This document shows positions 50,147 through 60,946 of a stretch of DNA of 64,000 nt, piece after piece (position 1 is the stretch's first letter; every line of letters begins with the position of its first letter). The stretch is from Candidatus Thorarchaeota archaeon (lineage in GTDB: Archaea > Asgardarchaeota > Thorarchaeia > Thorarchaeales > Thorarchaeaceae). A model generated the notes under the pieces. That model saw nothing but the letters and a program-made list of their open reading frames with translations. It was not told the DNA's origin and ran no database searches. The stretch is taken from positions 1 to 64,000 of the forward strand of contig JAWOEX010000013.1 of assembly GCA_046482545.1 (NCBI GenBank), written 5' to 3'. The translations under genes and the position numbers were made by a program.

Positions 50147-50936
50147 CCGTCAGAATTCCTGGTAGGCCGAATGCTATAGCAATCGCACCGAGAACGAGAC
50201 ACAATTTCCAGAACTTTATCCGCTTGGTTAGTCTGAGTAGAGATTCCATTGAAGCTAAGCCTACAGTGAACACGATGATTTCAGTGATAGCCAAATCAAT
50301 CGGAGTCATTTGTGGTGGTAGGGAGGCACCCGTAATCATCTCAATAGCAAAGATACCAAGAACTGCAGGAACACTCATAAGAAAACTGAGCTTCATTGCT
50401 GCCTCTTTATCGACCCTCTGCATGAGCAATGAAGAGATAGTAAGGCCAGATCTGCTGAGTCCCGGCAAAATCGCAAATCCTTGTATCAATCCGGCAACAG
50501 CAGCATTTTTGATTGATGTTGCCCTAGTTGTAACGTTCTCAGTACCGCTCCTCGTGGGCAGATAGAGTATGATTGCCGTAAACACTAACAGCATCCCGAC
50601 CATGGTATTCAAGGTCTCACCGTGGAAGGTGGATAGGCTAGACTTGAGTAGTATATACAGGGGGATTGCCGTAACAGCGGTACAACCAGTAGCCACTAGT
50701 AAGAGCTTGAAAAGATTCTTGTCCTGAACTGTTATGATAGACAGTATTTCTCTGGGATATCTAACAAGAACCGCACAAGCAGTTCCAAGATGAAGCCATA
50801 CAATCAGGGTTAGAAGACTTTCAGCTGGAAATGTAGCGAAATTGTAAACGAACAGCATTGTTTGCCCTTCGCTACTGATGGGTAGCCATTCAACAAGTCC
50901 CTGAAGTAATGCCACGACCGCCTGCCATGGTTCCAT
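50139..50936 (-). CDS. uppP: Undecaprenyl-diphosphate phosphatase BacA family
   Basis: QGLVEWLPISSEG, HLGT, PGLSRSG, SFLMSVP. Confidence 0.93.
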   Translation of the reverse strand: MEPWQAVVALLQGLVEWLPISSEGQTMLFVYNFATFPAESLLTLIVWLHLGTACAVLVRYPREILSIITVQDKNLFKLLLVATGCTAVTAIPLYILLKSSLSTFHGETLNTMVGMLLVFTAIILYLPTRSGTENVTTRATSIKNAAVAGLIQGFAILPGLSRSGLTISSLLMQRVDKEAAMKLSFLMSVPAVLGIFAIEMITGASLPPQMTPIDLAITEIIVFTVGLASMESLLRLTKRIKFWKLCLVLGAIAIAFGLPGILTAI

Positions 50937-51006
50937 CTAGTTTATCCTCTAGCGCAAACCAGCTGGCGAAGACTTAAAAGCTCCTCTAAACCTGCCGACC
51001 CCGAGA

Positions 51007-51684
51007 GTGTTGGTGCGAAATATGGTTCTTGACAATGGACGATTTCTAACTCAAGAGCTGGCAAATATAACCCAGATGCTTGAGGAACACTTCCGGTTTG
51101 CTCTTTCTGCAAACAAGATAGTAACACAGAGCCTCAATATGTGGCTTGACGAGGGAGAGAAACTTTCTTCAGACAAACTGGAGAAAATCACCTCCATAGA
51201 AGAAAGAGCAGACCAGTTGAAGCGGTCCATTCTCAATGAACTCGCAAAAGCCAACTCACTCATACAGCGCGAAGACCTTCTGCGACTTGTTCATTCTAAC
51301 GACAAGCTGATTGATGGAGCGGAAATAGCCTGTTATCATTTGGCTGCAGTGGCCAGTAAGTGGAATCCCAGTGACAAACTCAAGAGAGTGGTTTCCAAGA
51401 TAGGTGAAAAAATCATTTCCACCGTAACCGAACAGAAGGAAGGAGTGCGGTTTCTCTCCATTAACATGGAGAAGTCAATGGAGAAGGCAAATCAGATTTG
51501 CAGTATTGAGAAGGAAATCGATATCCTCCAACGAGAAGCTATCACCTTATTATATCCTTCAGATGTTGATATAGCTATTGTCCTTAGGTTCAGAGACTTC
51601 CTTAACACACTCGAGGAGATTGCCAATCTGAGTGAAGATGCCGCTATTACTATACGGTCACTTTCTCTCACCTTGCGCACGTAA
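51007..51684 (+). CDS. DUF47/PhoU-like protein
   Basis: EERAD.LKR, REDLL.L, E.IAN.SEDA. Confidence 0.85.
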   Translation: MLVRNMVLDNGRFLTQELANITQMLEEHFRFALSANKIVTQSLNMWLDEGEKLSSDKLEKITSIEERADQLKRSILNELAKANSLIQREDLLRLVHSNDKLIDGAEIACYHLAAVASKWNPSDKLKRVVSKIGEKIISTVTEQKEGVRFLSINMEKSMEKANQICSIEKEIDILQREAITLLYPSDVDIAIVLRFRDFLNTLEEIANLSEDAAITIRSLSLTLRT

Positions 51685-51708
51685 TCACTACAGGCGAGTG
51701 ATGTCACT

Positions 51709-52272
51709 GTGTCAGAGATATCAAGTGAGATAGAAGGTCAGCTGGTCAATGACCGAACTATAGTATGGAATCCTGACCACAGCAGCATGCTCTATAGAAT
51801 AGGCTATTTTGGACAACCTGTAGGTATCAGGAAACCCAAATCACCTGATTTTGAAAAACCACTTCAACTGTCTTTGCTGGAAAGTATCTACCTTAGTGAA
51901 GAGGGCATATTGGTTATCAAGAATGCAGAAAATGAGCGCATCCTTGAGAAGACTGAACTCATCCAGATAGGATTAGAGAAGACGCCTGATTTCAAAGTTC
52001 GATACCGGGTATATTCAGAGCTTCGTAAGCGCGGCTATGTGGTACGGCCCGGGCTGAAATTCGGTACAGATTTCGCTGTTTATGAAGAAGGACCCGGGGA
52101 AGATCACGCACCCTTCATGGTCCATGTAATCCCGCAGAAGAAAGGTGTTGATCCGCTTGATATTGTACGGGCAAGTCGTCTAGCCACAAGTGTGCGCAAG
52201 AAATTCATCATTGCCACTGTGGAAGACCGCGGTGATATTGGCTATTATTCCTTTGAATGGTTTAGGCCTTAG
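51709..52272 (+). CDS. endA: tRNA-intron endonuclease catalytic subunit
   Basis: LSLLE..YL, GLKFGTDFAVY, HA, R.A.SVRK. Confidence 0.95.
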   Translation: MSEISSEIEGQLVNDRTIVWNPDHSSMLYRIGYFGQPVGIRKPKSPDFEKPLQLSLLESIYLSEEGILVIKNAENERILEKTELIQIGLEKTPDFKVRYRVYSELRKRGYVVRPGLKFGTDFAVYEEGPGEDHAPFMVHVIPQKKGVDPLDIVRASRLATSVRKKFIIATVEDRGDIGYYSFEWFRP

Positions 52273-52433
52273 TGTTTGTCAGTGGCAACTTTCTTTACTT
52301 TGATATAGGTACTGAGTTCAATTGATGCTTCTACATCTTCCTTCCTGAGAAGAATCATATTACAATAAGCAAGACAAATAAAGGGTCCGCCCAATCAATT
52401 CCATACGTTCACAGTTCAATAGGGTGAAATTTA

Positions 52434-52751
52434 ATGGCAGACAAAGCGGAAAACGCAAGAACCTTCGGCAAGCTTCTCGCGGATGCTTGGGAAAACACGC
52501 CCAGTTTCATCTGCAGCAATGATGACTATGCATACTGCTTGTATCCCGCCGACAAGAACAAGGAGAAATGGATTGAGGGGTCTCTCACGTTTCCGGATGG
52601 ATTCTTTGATAAGAAGGAAATTACCCCCCAAAAAGCTATTGCCCTGCTGATTGAGGAACTCAAGGTTCTCCCATCTTATGGTGCGGAAACCATAGTCAAC
52701 ACAAAGGCCAAATTCGACAATCTTGTGGCTAGACTTGCAGAGCTCGCCTGA
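52434..52751 (+). CDS. Hypothetical protein
   Basis: ORF with SD GGGTGA. Confidence 0.7.
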   Translation: MADKAENARTFGKLLADAWENTPSFICSNDDYAYCLYPADKNKEKWIEGSLTFPDGFFDKKEITPQKAIALLIEELKVLPSYGAETIVNTKAKFDNLVARLAELA

Positions 52752-52804
52752 TTCCCCATCGGATTTCCTCTTATGCTACCAATCCTCCAGACGGAGGTTC
52801 GTGG

Positions 52805-53431
52805 TTGATTGATTACGTAAAAGTCCTTTCGGGTATGAATGAGAACTCTCGGGAGGCATTGCTTTCTAGGGCTGAGAGGATTGTACTGAATCGTGAGCTT
52901 GATAGATTGACAGAAGAAATTGTGGCGACTAGACAGGCCCTCCAGCTGGAAAATGCTGACAAACAATTCCTTGCTGATAGAGCTAAAGAGCTTGGTGATA
53001 GACTCAAACATATCAAGAACAGGCAAAGAGAATTGGAGCATACGACTGGCGAGATACTTCTTGAAAAGATGATTAAAAGTACGAAACGAATGCATAACAA
53101 TCGACCGAAATTACCCGGTGTATTCTCATCCCTGAAGGATTCTAGCCCGCTGAAGACTAATGGCTTCGGTAAGATGGATCCATCTGAACTTGATGTGGAG
53201 CTAGCCAAAGAAACTGATTGTATGAAGGGCTGCATAGAGTCTCTGAAAGATGCCGCTCAGAAGTTAGCGAAACAAGAAGTACAGCTACGTGCAAAATACG
53301 ACATCGGTGACATCTCACGTTCTCGCTTTCTCACTGCACACTCTGAGATCCGGAGAAATCTCGCAATTCTAAAAATCTCTGAAGAAATACTTGACCAACT
53401 TGCATGCCAAGCCGAGGATGTGCTGGAGTAA
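52805..53431 (+). CDS. Hypothetical coiled-coil protein
   Basis: Heptad-rich 208 aa ORF. Confidence 0.6.
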   Translation: MIDYVKVLSGMNENSREALLSRAERIVLNRELDRLTEEIVATRQALQLENADKQFLADRAKELGDRLKHIKNRQRELEHTTGEILLEKMIKSTKRMHNNRPKLPGVFSSLKDSSPLKTNGFGKMDPSELDVELAKETDCMKGCIESLKDAAQKLAKQEVQLRAKYDIGDISRSRFLTAHSEIRRNLAILKISEEILDQLACQAEDVLE

Positions 53432-53811
53432 TGCAAGAGATATACCTCTCCTGCCATTGTGGCCAAGGAGAATGATGGCTGATCGCTTACTACCTGTTAT
53501 CACCTGGAATAGATATGGCCAAAAATTAATGCACTTCAAATTTATCAAAGATTGTGACCATTATGCGAACCTAGAACAGAGCTGTTTTCTTTCCGAAGTG
53601 CCAGTCCCACAATGCCTATAAGCACCGTGCTGGAAAGACGACAAAGATGGTGAAGAGACGTGCTGGATAAGGTTCGCCCGGAAATGAGGGCTATAATCTA
53701 TTTCATGGTCGCTCTATCACTCATAGGGATAGGGTTACTACTCGGGCAGAAGGCTTTCGCACTCGAATTCTTAGCCCCTCCGTGAAGTACTAATTCTCCG
53801 AGAGGATTTGA

Positions 53812-54792
53812 TTGTCCCGCCTTGATGATATCGTGGACACGCTACTTTCATTTGATGGTATTTCCCGAAAATTTGTGCTTCCAAGTATAATCAGTCGTCT
53901 TCGAAAATCATCTTACAACGGTGATTTTCCTCATGCTCTAGGTGAGGACTCAGCAGCAATAGAGACTAGTTGTGACGAGTATATTCTCTTAACAACGGAC
54001 GCCATAGTTGAAAAGATGTGCCTCCATCACCCGCGAGCAGCTGGCTTCAACGCTATTCTGGCAAATGTGATGGATATCTATGCAGCGGGAGGTATACCCA
54101 CATCACTCGCTGTAGCCTTGTCTTATTCCGATGAGGAAGTGGGCGAGGAGTTACTTGAGGGGCTTATTGACGGATCCCATAAGTTCAGGATTCCCCTTGT
54201 CCGCGGTCACACGAACTCACAATCTCAGTCAACCTACGTTGTTGGCTCTGCTACGGGAACAGTCGAGAAATCGAATCTGTTGACAGCTGGAGGTGCAAGC
54301 TCCGGAGATTACTTGGTTTTGCTTTTCGATAGGAATGGCAAGATTGGGGAACACTACAAGCTGGGCTGGGATTCAGTAACTGAACAAGATTCGGAAGCGG
54401 TTATTCAGCGTTTATCTACTATGAATGAACTAGCGGAGCTCCGTTTGGTACACGCCTCTAAGGACGTTTCAACTGCTGGACTGATTGGTACTGCAGGCAT
54501 GCTCCTCGAATATTCCGGTAAAGGTGGATACATCGACCTAGATGCAATAGAAGCAGAGATTCCAAATACAGTCTCTCTTGAGGACTGGTTGCGTATGTAC
54601 ATCTCACTAGGCTTTCTAGTAGCAGTACCCCCCGAGAAACATTCCCAGTTATCAAGTATTGGGACGAGACACGGCATGGCGCAGATAGTCGTGGGGCGTG
54701 TTGATGACTCTGAGTCGCTTAGGCTACAATTGGGTGAAGCGGAAAAGCCGATTTTCGATTTCTCACATGGGCCTGTCCTCACTCCAAAATAA
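53812..54792 (+). CDS. AIR synthase-like (PurM/ThiL/SelD superfamily) protein
   Basis: GEDSA, N.MDIYA.GG.P, RGHT, KDVS.AG. Confidence 0.85.
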   Translation: MSRLDDIVDTLLSFDGISRKFVLPSIISRLRKSSYNGDFPHALGEDSAAIETSCDEYILLTTDAIVEKMCLHHPRAAGFNAILANVMDIYAAGGIPTSLAVALSYSDEEVGEELLEGLIDGSHKFRIPLVRGHTNSQSQSTYVVGSATGTVEKSNLLTAGGASSGDYLVLLFDRNGKIGEHYKLGWDSVTEQDSEAVIQRLSTMNELAELRLVHASKDVSTAGLIGTAGMLLEYSGKGGYIDLDAIEAEIPNTVSLEDWLRMYISLGFLVAVPPEKHSQLSSIGTRHGMAQIVVGRVDDSESLRLQLGEAEKPIFDFSHGPVLTPK

Positions 54793-54900
54793 TCAGCTTT
54801 CAGAGAATGAATCAGTTCTCTATTTCTCAAAGAGCCAATGTCTGCCAAAGCGGAAATCATTATAATATCGCTTGAGTTTCGTCACTCAGATGTGACAAGT

Positions 54901-55113
54901 TTGGCTGATAAGACATGCAGCATTGTGGGTTGCGACAAGCCTGTCAAGCGATCCTTTCCGACTAAGAGGATCGCCAACAGCATAAGGAAGGCAGGCCTAC
55001 AGATGGAGGCCTCGCGCTATAGGCGCACATATCTATGCCGGAAACATTGGAAAATTGTCAAAAAAGAATATAAGAAGAAGCGCGATGTTGAGCGTCTTCG
55101 ATGGGGGCCCTAG
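54901..55113 (+). CDS. Small basic Zn-binding protein
   Basis: CSIVGC...LCRKH. Confidence 0.65.
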   Translation: MADKTCSIVGCDKPVKRSFPTKRIANSIRKAGLQMEASRYRRTYLCRKHWKIVKKEYKKKRDVERLRWGP

Positions 55114-55177
55114 TTCACAGTAGCTCTATTTAATACCGGTGACATTCCAACATAGGCTGCCCTAGGAGGCGTGTTTC

Positions 55178-55534
55178 TTGCCTGCAAGTGAAGAAGTCCT
55201 TACTAAGGTTTCACCTGAATGGAAGCTCTGGCTGGAATATGATGGAGAATACATATTTGGCCCTGGCGCATACGCGATTCTTGAGAGCATAGACGAAGAA
55301 GGTACGATAACAGCTGGTGCTGCTGCTCTGGATATGTCATACCGGTATGCATGGGGCGTAGTAAGAGACATCGAGAAAAAACTTGGTGTCAAGATACTTG
55401 ATACTTATCGAGGGGGGGCAGTAGGCGGAGGCGGTGCAAAATTAACTCAAGAAGGCCGCAAGCTCATGGATTTATTCGCCACCGTAAGTGGCAAATTGGA
55501 ATCTGCTACTGCGGATTTCCAAAATAACCCGTAA
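55178..55534 (+). CDS. ModE N-terminal-like winged-helix regulator
   Basis: FGPG, GTI..A..L.MSYRYAW, RGG..GGGA.LT. Confidence 0.88.
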   Translation: MPASEEVLTKVSPEWKLWLEYDGEYIFGPGAYAILESIDEEGTITAGAAALDMSYRYAWGVVRDIEKKLGVKILDTYRGGAVGGGGAKLTQEGRKLMDLFATVSGKLESATADFQNNP

Positions 55535-55636
55535 CTCATTCATCAAAAGATTATGTTCCGCTCCTGTATTCTATTGCATACATACTTGAGCAGAGCCGCT
55601 TGTACTGGCTCTGCCTTTGCAAATACAAGCTAGCTT

Positions 55637-56689
55637 TCACAGGAATCTTATCTGGATTGCATCATTTGGACAATGACTCTTACATTCGAGACACATAATG
55701 CAATCGGGGCTGTGCATGTGTTGATACGGGAAACTGCGAATTCGGATATTCATAGGACAAACATCTTCGCATACGGTACAAGTATCAGGAGTACAGCGTG
55801 CGGGATTTCTTCCTATTCCAATGAGGGCGTCTCTGGAGAAGACACCGTACAGCCATCCTGCTGGGCAGAGCCATCTGCAGAACCAGCGTGGGAACCAGTA
55901 TGAAATCGCAAGAATAATACCTATGAATACAACCTGCAGCCAGAACACAGGTTCCCATGTTAAGAGAAGCCAGAACTCGTCAAATCCAGTTGGCCATGTT
56001 TGTTCTGGGAAAATGACAAACAAGATATATGCCGGATTAAGAGGGTCGAAGGCTGCCTTTGCGAATGGTCCTAGAACTCGGACCAAGTTCTCTTCATTTC
56101 CTTGTATTCTACTGATTCCTACCCACGCGACCAAAAACATCACTATGACAAATATGTACGCCTTAATTTGTCTAAGTTCCTTCTCTGAGCCTTGCGAGGG
56201 TTGAATTTTTGTCCTATTTGGCAAGGTTACGAAATCTTGGATGGTCCCAATTGGGCATATCCATCCGCATGGTGTCCTGCCTATTACTATCAGAACAAGA
56301 ATCATGGCCCCAATTGTGAAGAATGGAAAAGCACCATTTGTAAACACCTTTTGCATAACATCGAATGACCCCGCAATCATTGCAAAAGGCGCCTCAAGAG
56401 GGGCGATTATCGGCAAAGTAGGCAGAATTTCGTGAAAACTGCTCCAGAACTGGACAATCTGGTCTTGCCCAAACCATGCACTGAAAACATAGGCATTGAT
56501 TCCCAGTAGGAACAGAATCTGTACCAGCCGGCGAAGCATTCTGACATTTATGACACGCCCAATTAAGTCGCGGGCATCGAAACCCTTGGAAGAATCATCG
56601 GAGGCGAATTCCTGTTTTGAAGGTGCTCCGTCTTCCTGAGATTCGTCTGGTTTGTCGACCTCATCGGCATTGTCTGCCATGGCATTCAT
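55637..56689 (-). CDS. Membrane polyferredoxin (NapH/FixG-like 4Fe-4S protein)
   Basis: GR..CGWICPIG, RWFCRWLCP.G and two ferredoxin motifs. Confidence 0.88.
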   Translation of the reverse strand: MNAMADNADEVDKPDESQEDGAPSKQEFASDDSSKGFDARDLIGRVINVRMLRRLVQILFLLGINAYVFSAWFGQDQIVQFWSSFHEILPTLPIIAPLEAPFAMIAGSFDVMQKVFTNGAFPFFTIGAMILVLIVIGRTPCGWICPIGTIQDFVTLPNRTKIQPSQGSEKELRQIKAYIFVIVMFLVAWVGISRIQGNEENLVRVLGPFAKAAFDPLNPAYILFVIFPEQTWPTGFDEFWLLLTWEPVFWLQVVFIGIILAISYWFPRWFCRWLCPAGWLYGVFSRDALIGIGRNPARCTPDTCTVCEDVCPMNIRIRSFPYQHMHSPDCIMCLECKSHCPNDAIQIRFL

Positions 56690-56786
56690 TCCTCAACTGG
56701 AACAATCTTGGCGGCGTCAACCTGAGTTGACGTTAAAAGGATTATGTTGAAAACGTCTCCTATACCTGAAGAAGAATGCCACGTGA

Positions 56787-57197
56787 TTACTCTTCAGAAT
56801 TAAAGCTGAGTTGAATTACTTCATCAACAATTCTGATGGTGAGTGTGTAGTATCCTTCCCCTTCCAGACCTGATGATACCAGATTGTGGCTGTAGGTGTC
56901 TGGCCATGAACCAACTACCTCTCCATCTTGTGAATAAGTGATGGTCAGTCTATTCCCGTCAATTTGCATCTCACAACCCTGTGGCACATTTACACCTACC
57001 ACTGTTGTGTTTGCCAAACCTGTATCAACTTGTTCTGTTGCATTATGTATTTGGATGGCGGTCTGTTGTGCTATTTCGAAGTGGGACGCGCTAGCCATAA
57101 GATTAATCGCATGCATCAACAGAGGTACTCCGACAATAACCGCACTTGATAGCCCAACCGCAATGAGCATCATCTTTTCTAGCGATCTGGAAACCAT
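56787..57197 (-). CDS. Hypothetical N-terminally anchored, pilin-like protein
   Basis: Short N-terminus with Glu, a hydrophobic helix, then a beta-rich domain. Confidence 0.5.
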   Translation of the reverse strand: MVSRSLEKMMLIAVGLSSAVIVGVPLLMHAINLMASASHFEIAQQTAIQIHNATEQVDTGLANTTVVGVNVPQGCEMQIDGNRLTITYSQDGEVVGSWPDTYSHNLVSSGLEGEGYYTLTIRIVDEVIQLSFNSEE

Positions 57198-57336
57198 ACC
57201 CTGCTGTGTGTATTTTCCCCAATAAACCACCCGCAATAGGGAAATGTAAGAAGCATACCACGGGCATTGGTTCAACTTTCAGCTTTTGTGATAATATTTT
57301 AACGGGGAACACCACTAATTCTTTCGGAGTACGACC

Positions 57337-58731
57337 TTGAAACGCCCGATTCCCGTACATGTGGGACTTATAGGCCACATAGATCATGGCAAGACAGAGC
57401 TGGCGAAACGTCTCAGCGAGAAGGCATTCACGGCCGGGCATGACAAACACCCCCAGTCAAAAGAGAGAGGTATCACGATTGATTTGGGTTTCAGTATGTT
57501 CTCCTCAGACCAATACCTCGTGACCCTTGTGGATGCTCCAGGTCATGCTGATTTGATTCAGAGTGTGGTAGCTGGTGCCAGTATCATGGATGCCGCTATT
57601 CTTACGGTGGCAGCTGATGAGGGCCCTCAGATTCAGACCGTTGAACACATAACGGTTCTCAAGGCGATGGGTATAGAGAAACTGCTCGTTGCTATCACCA
57701 AGGTTGACCTTACTGAGGGCGAAAGACTGAATCTAGTCCTGCAGCGGACCAAAGGTATGGTTGAGAGATTAAAGTTCGATATGGTAGACTACGTATCTGT
57801 ATCTGCTCGGACAGGTTTTGGAATTGAAAAACTACGGGGGAAACTATTGGCTTTCCTCGCTCCGCCTGACCGTCAGGAAGATGGCCCCCTTCGCATACCT
57901 GTAGACCACGCATTCCCTGTTACAGGACACGGGACCGTATTGACCGGTACCATTCTGAGGGGATCACTTTCCATAGGTGATACTGTGCAACTGGTGCCAG
58001 GGGGAGACCAAGGAAAAGTGCGTACGATTCAAACCTTTGGACAGGAACGGGATTCAGCAAGTGCGGGCGACCGAGTAGGTGTCAATATTCCTGCTCTTGA
58101 CCATGAGAACATTCAACGTGGGAACTACTTATGTACTCCCAATAGCTTGGAGACTTCGAACTCATTTCTGACTACGGTCGAGATTAATCCTCAGTACAAA
58201 GGTCGTATTACCTCAAGGATGATTCTGAATGCAACAATCGGGATGTCCAGCGTAACAGCCGAAATTATCCCTTTCCGAAAGGAGGGAGAACATAGAATTC
58301 CAATCGAAGAACCTGAGAAGCGCATATTCGAAGCTGTACTTCTCCTGAAACAGGATGTGCCTGCGGAGGTAGGCAATCGTGTTCTACTCATGCGGACCGA
58401 TATGCCTGTAACAAGCATGCGGATAGTAGGCTGTGGAAATATTGAGAGCCTGTCTACAACGGTAATCCTAGACCGAAAGAAAACAAGAAGCGGAAAAATC
58501 AGCAGAATACGAGAAGATGATGTGCTGGTGGAAGGTTTAGCTACGAACAAGCAGCAAGCAAGGATTCTGAAGGGGCGCATCATCCAAGCTGACAACGGAG
58601 CAAGAGGTGAGCTTGTGGACTCCTTTGGAACTCGTGGTGTACTGGTTGCCAGATTCAATCAAGAAATCGAACTCGGAGAGAAAGTCGTTTTGGAGGACTA
58701 CATTGAGGAGGAATATCATTTTGGCAGATGA
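57337..58731 (+). CDS. selB: Selenocysteine-specific elongation factor
   Basis: GHIDHGKT, RGITIDLGFS, DAPGH, DHAF...GHGTV.TGT; C-terminal FGTRG domain. Confidence 0.93.
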   Translation: MKRPIPVHVGLIGHIDHGKTELAKRLSEKAFTAGHDKHPQSKERGITIDLGFSMFSSDQYLVTLVDAPGHADLIQSVVAGASIMDAAILTVAADEGPQIQTVEHITVLKAMGIEKLLVAITKVDLTEGERLNLVLQRTKGMVERLKFDMVDYVSVSARTGFGIEKLRGKLLAFLAPPDRQEDGPLRIPVDHAFPVTGHGTVLTGTILRGSLSIGDTVQLVPGGDQGKVRTIQTFGQERDSASAGDRVGVNIPALDHENIQRGNYLCTPNSLETSNSFLTTVEINPQYKGRITSRMILNATIGMSSVTAEIIPFRKEGEHRIPIEEPEKRIFEAVLLLKQDVPAEVGNRVLLMRTDMPVTSMRIVGCGNIESLSTTVILDRKKTRSGKISRIREDDVLVEGLATNKQQARILKGRIIQADNGARGELVDSFGTRGVLVARFNQEIELGEKVVLEDYIEEEYHFGR

Positions 58732-60052
58732 GCCCATTGACAAATTTGAAGAGCTTATACCTGAGAGCATGAGAGCACGGGGACGCATTACAGTCGATGC
58801 ATTACTTTCGCCTGTTCGTGATGTAATAAATCGCAGAGGATTTCCGAAAGAACCGCTCTCTGACGAACAGGTTGAGTTATTATTACATCTCCTTTCCTCC
58901 ATGGATACGGACAAGGACCCGGAGGCAGCCAGAGTGGGGGAACGGGAGGGGCGAACCGCAAGTCCGTTGATAGAACGGTTAGCGGCAGGTTTCAACCATG
59001 GAATTGGTCGCAGTGGTCATCTGACAGATCCTCAACCAAAGGCTCCAGGAGCTTCCACAATGCAGCGAATAACCAATTCTGTGGCCCTAGACGCTATCCG
59101 CAAGCTGGGTCTACCCAACGTTCGTGCCGGCTTAGTTACGCCTCTTTCGACCGGCATGACATTGGCATTGGTATTTGGAGCGCTGCGAAGGGAAGAAGGG
59201 GTACGAATACTCATCTATCCCCGAATCGACCATACATCACCTGACCGCGCAATCCAGTTTGCCGGACTGACGAAGATTCCAATATCTACTATTCTGGATG
59301 GAGATGCGGTTCTTCCGGATATGAACGAGTTCGAGAAACAGTTGCACGATGTAGAAGATGCCGCTGTTTTGGCAACAACTACCTTCTTTCCCCCACGTGA
59401 ATCAGATCCCGTCAAACCAATAGCAAAGCTTTGCCAAGAAGAGCAGGTTCCATTGGTCATTAACAATGCTTACGGCGTTCAATCTGAACGCATTATGGGT
59501 GAGATACGTTCTGCAATTGATGCTGGGAGGGTGGATGCCGTTGTACAGAGCAGCGATAAGAATTTCTTGGCACCAGTTGGCGGTTCAATTCTGGTATCCC
59601 CTCGAGATGATATGATTGAACAAGCTGCCGAGACTTACGCCGGACGAGCAACAGCCGCACCTGTCGTACAGACATTAGCTGCGCTACTAGTTCTCGGAGT
59701 CAATGGATATACTGAGCTACGTCAGGCACAGGTACAGAATCTTGATTTCCTAGAGGACGAGATGGCTACCATAGCAGATTCTGTTGATGAACGTCTGCTA
59801 TCGGTTTGGAATCCTGTTGCTTGTGCAATGACCCTAGACGGGTTTGATTCAAAAGAGATTGGAGGTCACCTCTATAACAGAAGAGTCACCGGCCCGCGAG
59901 CTGTTCCTAAGAGCGGGAAGGGCTCGTCAATAAATGATTACCCACATAGCTACTTGGTGATGAATGCAGCAATCGGGGCGAGCCGTAGAGACGTTGAGCA
60001 AGCCACCAGCAGACTATATAAGGAATTAACCGAATGGTTAAAGAAGCGTTGA
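58721..60052 (+). CDS. spcS: O-phosphoseryl-tRNA(Sec) selenium transferase SepSecS
   Basis: VGEREGR, HGIGRSG.L..PQPKA.G, NNAYG, SSDKNF..PVGG. Confidence 0.95.
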   Translation: MADEPIDKFEELIPESMRARGRITVDALLSPVRDVINRRGFPKEPLSDEQVELLLHLLSSMDTDKDPEAARVGEREGRTASPLIERLAAGFNHGIGRSGHLTDPQPKAPGASTMQRITNSVALDAIRKLGLPNVRAGLVTPLSTGMTLALVFGALRREEGVRILIYPRIDHTSPDRAIQFAGLTKIPISTILDGDAVLPDMNEFEKQLHDVEDAAVLATTTFFPPRESDPVKPIAKLCQEEQVPLVINNAYGVQSERIMGEIRSAIDAGRVDAVVQSSDKNFLAPVGGSILVSPRDDMIEQAAETYAGRATAAPVVQTLAALLVLGVNGYTELRQAQVQNLDFLEDEMATIADSVDERLLSVWNPVACAMTLDGFDSKEIGGHLYNRRVTGPRAVPKSGKGSSINDYPHSYLVMNAAIGASRRDVEQATSRLYKELTEWLKKR

Positions 60053-60068
60053 TAGAGGTCTTTTCTGT

Positions 60069-60719
60069 ATGGAAGACTTAGAGAACCAACCCAAGGCCAA
60101 GCGAACCATCAGCTACGACCGCCCACAATCCTCGACGATTTTCCGCATTAGTTGGTACGCTATCGGCCGGAAACCCGGGGTAATGCTGAACGAGTACAGC
60201 GAAGGAGAGGGAAAGATGTTCAAGGGCAAGGCCATGTTTATGGTTCCCTTAGATGACACCAAGACGCAAGTTCGTTTATGGGTCGAGGAGGCCCAGCGGT
60301 CTATCGAACTGACCGCTTGGGGAACAGATGAGGGAATGCTAACGGATTACTTGGATGATGTTGTTTCTAGGCTGGAAACTTACATTGCCAAGTACCTTGA
60401 ATTATCTGACGAAGATCGACAGAAGGTTCGCAGGGCACTGGTTGCAAAGACATGCTGGGACCGCATAATACATCAAATTCTGAATAAGGCCCCACTGAGT
60501 TCCATTTACGTTCAGATAGCGCACGGCCGAGAAATGATGATTAAAGCGACTGAAGGCGAAGAGATTCGTCCGTTAGCTTTGACTACAAGCGGATGGTTGA
60601 CGAAAATCGAAGACCTACCTCATGATGAAGTGCCACCATCGGATATTGCGGAAAACATTGCCAAGAAATCAATAGAATGGAAAAAGGAAACCCATGAGGT
60701 CATAGGTCACTATCTCTAG
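60069..60719 (+). CDS. Hypothetical protein inside the Sec cluster
   Basis: 216 aa ORF starting 16 bp after SepSecS. Confidence 0.7.
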   Translation: MEDLENQPKAKRTISYDRPQSSTIFRISWYAIGRKPGVMLNEYSEGEGKMFKGKAMFMVPLDDTKTQVRLWVEEAQRSIELTAWGTDEGMLTDYLDDVVSRLETYIAKYLELSDEDRQKVRRALVAKTCWDRIIHQILNKAPLSSIYVQIAHGREMMIKATEGEEIRPLALTTSGWLTKIEDLPHDEVPPSDIAENIAKKSIEWKKETHEVIGHYL

Positions 60720-60818
60720 ATGTTTCCGTTTACCAACTCAGTGCATTTCAAAGGATGTCTGTTCCTACCCGGAAACTTAAGTCACAAATGTATGTAGATT
60801 TTATATTGTCTTATTCAT

Positions 60819-60909
60819 GGCCTCCTCTAGGGTTGGTGGTCCGACCCCATGGGCTTCAAACCCATGATGGCACAAGCCATAAGTGTTCGATTCACTGAGG
60901 GGGCCGCCA
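60819..60909 (+). tRNA. selC: tRNA-Sec (UCA), 9/4 fold
   Basis: 9-bp acceptor stem GGCCTCCTC/GAGGGGGCC plus GCCA, 7-bp D stem, 6-bp anticodon stem with loop CTTCAAA, long variable arm, 4-bp T stem. Confidence 0.95.
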
Positions 60910-60946
60910 ATCTCATGCCTGATAGGCGAAGCAGAAGAAGACTATT

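Noticed and set aside
53791-54792. AIR-synthase-like gene read as a Sec-containing SelD (in-frame TGA directly before the TTG start)
   Set aside because: An in-frame TAA lies six codons upstream, and there is no G-[CU]-x-x-K SelD motif.
55540-55636. Hairpin GCAGAGCC/GGCTCTGC read as a SECIS element
   Set aside because: No AUGA/GA quartet or archaeal GAA/A motif, and the flanking genes have no in-frame UGA. It is probably a terminator-region hairpin between convergent genes.
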